Shown here: positions 55,210 to 64,000 of the stretch, piece after piece
Layout: each line of letters opens with the position of its first letter
Numbering within the stretch: position 1 is the first letter of the stretch
NCBI GenBank assembly: GCA_964304625.1
Contig: OZ199838.1
Location: forward strand, 15,241,650 to 15,305,649
Source: Kudoa neothunni
Taxonomy: Eukaryota; Animalia; Cnidaria
Direction: 5' to 3'
DNA length: 64,000 bases
Translations under genes and position numbers: made by a program
The notes under the pieces: model-generated
Database searches by the model: none
Seen by the model: the letters and a program-made list of their open reading frames with translations, nothing else
Told to the model about the DNA's origin: nothing

Positions 55210-56445
55210 ATGGAGCTTTTAAGTTTTAGAGGGGACGATGATTTTTTTGCTTAATTAGTGACCATGATAGTTTTTTTTACACCTTATTATCAAAGGGCTA
55301 TCTAAAAGCTGCCCCAGAAAGATGTCTTAAGTGTTGGAATTATAAAACTTTCGTTTTAAAAAAGAGAAAAATAAATGTAAGGAGACCAATGACCGTTACT
55401 TCGTGTTACGATAGAAACAACATCGATTACTCCTTCACTTACAATTGTAAAAAGTACTTATCTTCTGTGAAATAACGACTTAATGTAATTAAGATGTAAA
55501 ACTAGCGTTTCCCCTCGAAATGGTACCTTTTTCTCTATGGGTTCCGTTACCTCAACAACAAAATTAACTATAAAAAAATATTTAAAATACTCTATTATTG
55601 GTCGATGGACAATACCATCATGTCGACCTGTAAGATGATAAAAATTTCCAAACCTACCACTTCTTCATGGTTTCACAAGATTAGAAAAATATGCATATCG
55701 AGTTTTGATGAGACTCTTCTCCACGGCAAGAGGAAGAATAATCGGGGGAGATACTTAAGAGGGGACAAGTGGAAAGTTTCATCAGATAAAGAATTTATTG
55801 TACCGAATAGTAATTTCTATCAAATCAGATTCTTGCCACTTCCACTGACTATATTTTAATGCAACAGGAAATGGTGACATGAGTGATGGCGAATATTCGC
55901 CATCCGAGGTCGAATTTTCGGATGAAACTATTGATGGTTATTTATCACAGTATTTTGCCTCTTAAATGAATATAGGAGACACGAGAAAGAGACGGGAGAG
56001 ATATGGAGATCGTGTAGACGGCCCTTGGGTTTTCGGACTTTGTCTTTGCAAGATATGCGACGATGGGAAAAGGCAACTCATGGACGTCCGTTATTTCTAC
56101 GTTCAGAAAAGAGACCGGGGAACTCTTATTCCAATCATCCAAAATGAGGTTCTTAAAGGATCTACCATTTGTAGTGATGAATGGAGAGCCTATAGTAACC
56201 TGAATTCACTTTGTTACAGTCATATAAAAATTAATCATTCAATTGAATATGTCAGGGACGGTGCCCATACAAACACCATAGAAGCTTGTTGGGGGAGACT
56301 TAAAACAAAGTTTCTCCGAATTAAATGGGGTGTTTCATTCAATAATTTGCCCGAATATTTGTGCGAAGAATGGTTTCGATCAATTATGGGAGAAAAATTT
56401 CAACTTTTAAATAATATACTAAAAAAATTATGTTACTGTACTAAT
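55210..56445 (+). pseudogene. Merlin (ISXO2-like DDE) transposase, disrupted
   Basis: SPRNGTFF, DETLLHGKRKNNRGR, GPWVFG, ICSDEWRAY, NHS..HTNTIEACW; stops (e.g. 55963-55965), frameshifts and an apparent deletion before DET. Confidence 0.9.
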
Positions 56446-56458
56446 GTAGTTATTAATA

Positions 56459-57575
56459 CAGTGTTTCAAGTTCAAGATGCATCGATGTCCGATCAAGATG
56501 CATTCACATCCGATCATGAAGCAAATCTTATAGGTTCAGCCGATGTAATAATTAATTCAACCGTGAAAAAAAGAAAATATAACAAAACAAATATGACTTC
56601 ACGAGATTTAATTCTAAATTTATCAGAAGTTCGTTATTTTTAATTAATTAGCTATATGACTTTAAGGAAAAAGTCCCAACTAAACAAATCGCCAAGTATG
56701 TTGGAGTTCATCCAACTACTGTCACAAGAATTCTTAATTTGAAGTATTCTACGGGAAGTGTGGAAAAGAAAAAAATGGGAGGCAACCGACGTCAGTTATT
56801 ATACGACGAACACAAACAATTCCTAAAACAACTTGTTGACGACGATTGCACTATAACATTAACATCTTTAGGGGAAATGCTAAATTCACAATATAACATC
56901 AGTGTATCCAGGCAAACGATTGCTAATGTTCTTCAAGGATTTCACTATTCATTAAAAAAAATTTCCATAGTTCCTGTTGGCAGAAATCTACCCGAGAACA
57001 TAGAGAAAAGAAAAAAGTAAATTATATATAATAAATTAAAATGAAATCTAAATTAGTTATGTCATAAATTATCTTCAACAAAAGCCAAACTATTCCCTTG
57101 TTCTCTATATTGATGAAGCAGGATTCTCTTTATCAATGAGACGCTCTTTTGGAAGGTCCCCTGTTGGATCTAGAGCAAATTTAACCGTGAGAACCGTCCG
57201 CTCCAAAAATATTGCATTGATAGCCGCAATGAGCTCCCAGAAAGTATGGTCAACCAAAGTACACGAGGGCTCAGTAAATGGAAGTATATTTTCAGAATAT
57301 TTAATCCAACTTTTCATGGAGCTACAATTGGACGGTATACTATACGCATTGCTCATAATGGACAATGTAAGATTTCACAAAACTGAACTCATAGAGGCGA
57401 TAAAATCTAGTCCGAATGATGTGACGTTTGCACAATGTCAAAACTATTGCAATCATGCGGAGAGTTATTTCCCACGATGCTTAAATAACGAAGTTATTGA
57501 AAATTAATTTATTGTTTCGATATTTAGTAATTACCTATTTTTTTTCAAATAATGCATCTTGAACTTGAAACACTG
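56459..57575 (+). mobile_element. IS630/Tc1-like element nested in Merlin
   Basis: Perfect 24-bp TIR CAGTGTTTCAAGTTCAAGATGCAT; TA TSD at 56457-56458 and 57576-57577. Confidence 0.95.
56485..57507 (+). CDS. Spliced IS630-like transposase lacking the catalytic Glu segment
   Basis: Exons 56485-56628, 56652-57016, 57057-57507 give one open frame: HTH (KQIAKYVGVHPTTVTRIL), YIDEAGF, IMDNVRFHK; no PYSPxLNPIE motif. Confidence 0.75.
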
Positions 57576-59060
57576 TAAGTCTATCACATTTTATTTATAT
57601 GCGTTTTTATTTGTTGTATTGAATGTAATAAATGTCAGAGGACGTATAATTAGAAATTTTATACTAGAAGTTAGATATGTAAATAATAAATTTTTTGTGT
57701 TAAATTGTTCGAGTAAAAATAAATCAGGTTAATTCTAATTTATTTTAAATGAATACATTTGATAGTTCCATTCACTGGAATATTAAAATTGAGAGAAAAT
57801 ATTAGTGAATAAAATAAATATTCATATAGAAAGTGCTATATTAATATTAGTAAGAAAAATTGAACGTATGGATTTTCATACAACTGGTCATAAGTTCAAT
57901 ATATTGTATAACATTTCAACTGCGCGTTCAAGCATAGTAGTTATTGCAAAGAATAATGTTGACATAAAAAATGAACTAAAATTATAAATTATTTATTTTC
58001 AAAGCTAAATTTTATTTTTGTCAAAATAAAAAAAATTAGTAATGTAAATTAATCTAACACTTTAGGTCGTATTAAATAGAGAAATAAAAAAATGCGCGAT
58101 TTATTATTTCTAAAATTTTTATAATTTAATATTTTTTATTAATGTCTTTCTTCAATTTTGTAGCCAAAAATATCAATATACGATTAATATAATTATTGTC
58201 AGTTCCAATTTCGCGAGTAATTGGTGTATACAAATTTTTTCACTAATAACAATGTACAAATAAAAATTTATAAACTAAAATAAACAATTATAGATGTGAC
58301 TAAATGTTTTAAAAGTTAATTTGACATTTAGAAATAAAGATAGATGACACAATATTTCTTAATATTAGATAAGCTTATTTAGAAGGTTTACTAGGCTAAA
58401 TTTGGTATGTACAAATTAAGAAATTTTAAATAATGGTTATAATGTATTAATCAGGATAAAATATGCAAATAATAAGCTATTTTCCGGTGTTTATTGCAAA
58501 ACGATGTAGATTACACGCGTATCCGACTGTTACCGAATAGGAATTAGGCAAAATTTAGAAGTAATTAATTTGAGCTCAATATTTGCACTCAGTATTCTTT
58601 TAATTTATTATTGATAATCGTAAAAGAAAAAAACGAGAAAAAACTTGCGGAAGATGGTGTTTTTCTGGAGTCACATACTTTACCATTACCATATATATAA
58701 TTATTTCTGATCCACCGCTGGGCGCTTATGAAGAAGAAATAATTAAATATAACAGTAAGTAAAAAATAAAATATGTATAAAATTTGCGATTAAGATTAAG
58801 AGTTGTCAGTATAAGAGAGTATACGCGCGCATGCGTACATGTTACATAGGATTAAAATTTCCAATGCAAAATATTCCCAATCTCGAGCATAACTATAATG
58901 TATGAACTAATAAAGATATAAATACGAACCAATTTTTTTCATATAAATTTTGCAGAAAAAACACATAGTTAGAAGTCAATATTGAATTATTGATGTTTGA
59001 TACTAAGACTAATAAAACTAATTTTCGCCTTCAACGCTCTATTATAAAATTGCTGTTTGT

Positions 59061-60109
59061 TTATTCCGAATTGCTAATACTGCTAAGCTGTTTTGCGGTC
59101 AGACCCAACATCAACTCTATAGCCTATACAAATATTTTGAAATTATTATGTTGCCAATTTCAATAACAAACTACATTTCTAAGCGAATTCACTTCACTCG
59201 AACTGGAAGGCTTGGTGTTGGAAAAGAACATAGGTAGCACAAACTGTTTTGCTATGTCAGCTTGAGCCATTTTAGTTTCTTTCTTATGATGGACAACATT
59301 CTTCAAATGCTGGATAAGTTTTACTATGCAGTTTCTTCGAGATTCTGATAGCTCTTTAATCGCTCCAAGAAGCAAAGATGTGTCTCCCTTTTCTTGACAA
59401 TAATATATAAATAAGGATTATCATTGAAAAGAATTACTTCCTGACATTGCAAACTTTTCTCGTTGATCTCCAAAAATTGGGGTCTCGAAGTGGCGATACA
59501 AAATGTGTTTCAATGTGTCAGCCAGAAGGTACACGTCTTTGTCTTCCTGAAGTTGTTTCAAATAAAAAATGGTATTTCAAAGGAAAAACTTACAAAATTA
59601 ACAACTTCATTATGGATTAAACTGTTTGAAAGTTTTTCCACCAAATAACTATCCCTATATGGATATTTTCATTAGTTAGTATGATTCAGACACGGATTTA
59701 AATTACGAATCTTCTTTGTAGATATGTGTACTTTGTAATCCACGTTCTTCTACTTGCTTAACGATATCAGTCTTTATTTTATTACAATTAGATCGTAAAT
59801 AATCACTAATTCACCAAAAATAGAGGGACTCCATTCTCATCTTGTTTGAAATCTTCTAGAGGAAACTAAACAATAGATAAATCATTGCGTAGTTAATGGA
59901 TTCTACTCTATCCTTTAAGAACATTTTTTCTAAAATAGAAATAGATATTGTAATTTATATTGAAAGTTACGCTGAAGCTTTTTAATTAGTTTTGGAGCAT
60001 GTTTGAACACTCCACCTAATTTTTTACCCATATCATGGAGTTTACCTGGTTCTCCAATAATGATATGAGGTAGGAAAGCTGCAATAAGAAAAAATTTCAG
60101 ATATTCCAT
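59061..60109 (-). CDS. RhoGAP-domain protein with signal-peptide-like N-terminus and Lys at the arginine finger
   Basis: GT-AG exons splice in frame: MEYLKFFLIAAFLPHIIIGEP..FPLEDF..NGVPLFL|TDIVKQVEERGLQSTHIYKEDS|..DVYLLADTLKHILYRHFETPIF..LIQHLKNVVHHKKETKMAQADIAKQF..AIELML. The start codon is uncertain (upstream ATG at 60478). Confidence 0.75.
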
Positions 60110-61399
60110 CTTTCCGACGACAAATATATTGTTCCACTTAGAATAGTGTAATTCTTGGTGGTAGAAACAGCTTATTGAGCATGAATTTCGAGATATACGA
60201 TTCCATATCTATAAAAATAGAAGCTTTATGGGATTAAGCTTTTGATAATTGCATCTAAACATTATTATGACTCCGAATGGAAGCTGTGATCATAATCCAT
60301 CAAACTTTAACGGTATTGTTCAATGCTACTTAGATTATTCCAACGAACACCAAGTTTGATTAAAATCAAACAATTAACAATTAAATATGATGTATGATAC
60401 ATGCAACGTTCCTATCAAATAATCAGTATCTCTTAGGTTATGATATTTCCGTCGATTAAAATTGGAAGAACCTGACATTACTTATCTTGTTATGAAGTTT
60501 TATGGTATGCCAACTGTCGTGTTAATTGAATGGGATTTCTCTACAATTAGTCCTTAGTGCTTCCAAGGTGAACACAATAAACTCAAAACGTATTATTTCA
60601 TGATCATAATAATTTTATTGAATATTTGAAAATAAATTTAACTTTTTCATCTTTTTTAAACATGCTTCTATTTGATAATTCAATTATTATTATTATTATT
60701 TAAATTAATAATAATATTTGATGCGTGTTATACCGGGTTTTACTTCAAAAATCGAATTGTCCTATAAAATGCGCAATAAGCAATCTCTGTTGCATCGTTT
60801 CCCAACGTGGACATAAAATTTTTGGACGTTTAATAAACCGCTCTAGTGGGACGCGGAAAATCCTGAGTGTTGATGTGACACGGTTTATAATGGGATAATG
60901 GGGCAGTATGGCGTACTTTGAAGTCAATATCGCAGAAACTACAAAATGCAATGATGAATTATATGGAAATTAATACTAATAAAATTTAACGTGCCCTTCA
61001 CTCGAATAGAATCAAAATGGCTTGATCTCAATCTTGTCTCATTTAGAATCATATACCCCTTTTTGATTATTCTAATGTAATATTGATTAATTTTCAACGT
61101 TGATTATTTATTTTCAGTTTGTAAGTAAATTATAACACGAAAGTCTTCCCTAGTGAATATTAAAATACCCTGAATTTCATTTGATGCTGTTTTTTTGCCG
61201 AATGTAGAACTAAATATGTTAATTTTTAAGGCCCACCGATAAATTAAAGTTGGCTAATTCACAGTTCAGTGGAATTCGTCGTGTATGTTCAGCTGTTCTT
61301 GGCGAAAAAAAAACAAATTTAAATGATAAACGTATTTTAATGTAAATATATTTCATTATTTGTTTTTACATACATTGTAAATGTATTCAGAATATCATT

Positions 61400-62240
61400 G
61401 TTTCTCAAATGATATTCTGAGAGATAGGAACCAATTAATTCCGACTTTTTATGAGTTATATATCGGTATTTTCTTTTTATTGCACCACAGATTGCTTCGA
61501 TACTGCTGGTATGCACACCTTTCTGTGTCCTAAATTTAACCGAGTGATTTACTGTCTCATGACTATAGTTAACATCACTTAAATTGTTGTAACCAGCCCA
61601 GCAATCTGTCCAAAATATTGACCCTGGATGAACATTTTGGATTATTATATGTTCAAAGCGTAGGTTGATTTCGAATGGTGCTTAGCACTTGAAATATATT
61701 ACCATATGAGACTATATCACTGACGATCCGTATGTTTTGATTTACCAAAACTCTTCCTCGGTGATAATTACGTTTGCAAATCCTTGATTCATCAATTTGT
61801 ACTACCACTGCATGTCCTCTGATTCTTTCACTATGTAAATAAAAATGGTCGATATAAACTTCTCTGATAAAATTCCTCCAATCGCAAATTGTATTGTCGG
61901 AACCTATTTGCGGTTGTTTCGACAGCTGTAGATACGACATGTGGATATCATTGATTTCTATGTACATCAATGCAAAGATTTGCCACGGCATTAGTTTGGA
62001 ACCCTAGAAAAATGTCCCTCTTCTAACTGAAATTTTTGTACACATTGGACACTTGAACAAACATTTATCAATAATAGAATCGTTTTTTAGCAACATTAAC
62101 TCGTCACAATTATCGCCCATTCTCTCTTTAGGCGTAAGGCTAAATTTTTGTAAGAGTGATATTTGTTTTTCTATGTCCATCTTTATTTCAAAAAGCTGTT
62201 CAAACAAAAAATTATCGATATTTTCGAACTTGATTTCCAC
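61400..62240 (-). pseudogene. Merlin transposase remnant, same subtype as 37030
   Basis: SVRRGTFF, DWRNFIRE, VVQIDESRICKRNYHRGR, TDCWAGY, TVNHS..GVHTSSIEA; frameshifts. Confidence 0.88.
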
Positions 62241-62394
62241 TTAACTGTAAATTAGCCAATTAAGTTAGATTCTGCCGAATACATTTGAATTTTAATCAGA
62301 AAAGAAATATGTATATTAATTGCTTTAAAATTTTAATGTGATAGGGAGCTTTATTCAAAGTTATGAACAGTTTAAGTTAACAAATTAATACTTT

Positions 62395-62436
62395 TGAAAT
62401 AAGTGGGGCATGATAGAAAAAAGGTTGAAAACACTG
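62395..62436 (-). mobile_element. Solo hAT end, same family as 780
   Basis: Reverse complement CAGTGTTTTCAACCTTTTTTCTATCATGCCCCAC matches 780-815. Confidence 0.6.
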
Positions 62437-62694
62437 CTCTACTCTATTTGGCAATGATTTTCTTCGACTAAATATGAGTAAATCAAAGTTGTATTAACGG
62501 TATGAATTAAGAAATGAACAGTTCATTATTTTCTAACTTTAAACGAACTATAATAGCTTAAATTAATCGAGTTTATTTTTATAATTATAACAAATTAAAT
62601 AAATATAAATATATGTTTTATTCTTTCAAACAATAATTAAAATAATACAAATATCAAATAAGGTGATATCGAGATTTTACCAATCTGCATTCTA

Positions 62695-63152
62695 CAGTAT
62701 TTCTCGATCAAGTTACAAGTTTCTGGCGTATTTTGTACTTCCACTCGATTAAGCTACAGCAATGTTCAGTAAAACACGAGAATTTCCCACGAAATTAAAA
62801 TTTTCTCGAAGTGATACGAAAAAAAATAATTAAACACCTGTATTCTCCAAAATAATTCTAATGTTAATTTTTTCTTTTGAATAGCGGAAGAAAAGTTAGT
62901 CTTACGATGTTTAAATAATTTTGGAAATATGCCAATGAAATCTTATTCGTGGTTTTCTCGATACATTCAATCAAGTCCTCATGATTTGTTGGTTATCTAC
63001 TTTTTATCATAGATATAAATCAAGCAAAAATTTTTTCAATAGAATTAAAAAACTGCGAATATGGATGTGGTAGAAATGAATTTTTTCATTATTTTACATC
63101 CTCTATAATACTGTAAAACGCAAGTGACTTGCAACCTGATCGAGAAATACTG
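62695..63152 (-). mobile_element. IS630/Tc1 deletion derivative
   Basis: 26-bp TIR CAGTATTTCTCGATCA(A/G)GTT(A/G)CAAGT, TA TSD, remnant FLPHPYSQFFNSIEKIF. Confidence 0.85.
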
Positions 63153-63613
63153 TACTAAGTGATAACGTATAGTTACAATGCAAAATTTCATTATTATAAG
63201 TTTTATATTTGTCTCCTCCTAGCACATTTAAGTTGGACTTGAGGTATACGAGAAAATACGATGTGGCAAGAATTCCTGTGATGGTTGTAAATAAAATTAT
63301 GTCACACTTCCAACTTTACATAATCTGTAATGAAAATAATGACATTGTTATTAAGAAGAGAAAAATCTCCATTAAGGACTAAGATAATAGCTAGTAGCAT
63401 TGTTAAAGTGAAGATGCAATTACAATCAAGATCAATGAATCCAAGTCAAGCCGATGAAGTATGCAGACAAGATTTGTTAAAACCTTCGAAAAAATCGCAA
63501 TTTTAATTGAGTAATGATCTTAAGCGCCAATGAAAATCGTAGCACGCATGCTTATTTAGGTTTTATGTGTTATAAGCATGTAAAAAATCAGTATATATAA
63601 CGAATAAAAAATT

Positions 63614-64000
63614 CTATGAGATTATTTTGAATTCGTAGTTCGCGTAACCATCAGTACTGATAAGCAGGTGGATAATGGTAGAACCTTGATTACAATAAAT
63701 TAATTCTTTTACTGAGAATCGATCAGGATCCGACGGTTTAACCATATCGAAAATTTCTGATTTGATTTCATCGAAACTAACTACTTGTTGTTCGGTCGAT
63801 TTTACATCTTTCTAATGGGAAAAATGTTACAGATATTCAAAGAAATCAGAGAAAATTATACATAAATATCTCTATAGAAATAGTTGATATCATAGGCGCT
63901 GATAAAACCATCGTTGTCAACATCGAGGAGCTGAAAAAAGTAATAAATTGCTTGTGGAGTGTGAGAGTTGTTGTAAGCGATGATGAATTTGATGAAACCT
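63614..64000 (-). CDS. PPP2R3C: PP2A regulatory subunit B'' gamma, 3' exons (runs off the window)
   Basis: FIKFIIAYNN..QAIYYFFQLLDVDNDGFISAYDINYFYRDI (EF-hand), intron 63812-63861, then VSFDEIKSEIFDMVKP..NQGSTI..YE; absent from the supplied ORF track. Confidence 0.88.

Larger units (their letters stand above)
54885..58690 (+). mobile_element. Merlin DNA transposon with ~225-bp TIRs
   Basis: Near-identical TIRs 54885-55109 and 58467-58690 beginning GGTAATGG; 8-bp flanks CTATATAT / ATATATAT. Confidence 0.93.

Noticed and set aside
54885-62240. Bacterial IS1595/IS630 contamination or a prokaryotic defence system
   Set aside because: The elements have TSDs within intron-rich DNA and one carries GT-AG introns; no CRISPR array, operon or rRNA was seen anywhere in the window.

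Overview
AT-rich eukaryotic, most likely metazoan, genomic DNA with short spliceosomal introns (mostly 36-95 nt, two of 23 nt). The short introns and very divergent animal genes suggest a reduced parasite such as a myxozoan; this is inference and the species cannot be established here. Host genes assembled by hand across introns: casein kinase I gamma (+), NDUFS3 (-), DHX33 (-, one frameshift), a DUSP22/15-like phosphatase (-), the 3' end of PPP2R3C (-), a very divergent cullin that is clean only through its N-terminal repeats (-), and a RhoGAP-domain protein with a signal-peptide-like N-terminus and Lys at the arginine finger (-). Decayed genes: a second cullin, a STRAP-like WD40 gene, a usherin-like FN3 gene and possibly an SLC16 fragment. 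The rest is densely nested DNA transposons: a near-complete Ginger-type (KRBA2/SCAND3-like) element, Merlin elements (one with ~225-bp TIRs carrying an intron-containing IS630/Tc1 element), piggyBac, hAT, pogo/Tigger, MULE and Helitron derivatives, and a tRNA-derived SINE. Best candidates for undescribed biology are the putative secreted pseudo-RhoGAP, the C-terminally truncated cullin with its decayed paralogue, and the spliced IS630 element in frame with Merlin. All homology calls are motif recognition from memory; no searches were run.
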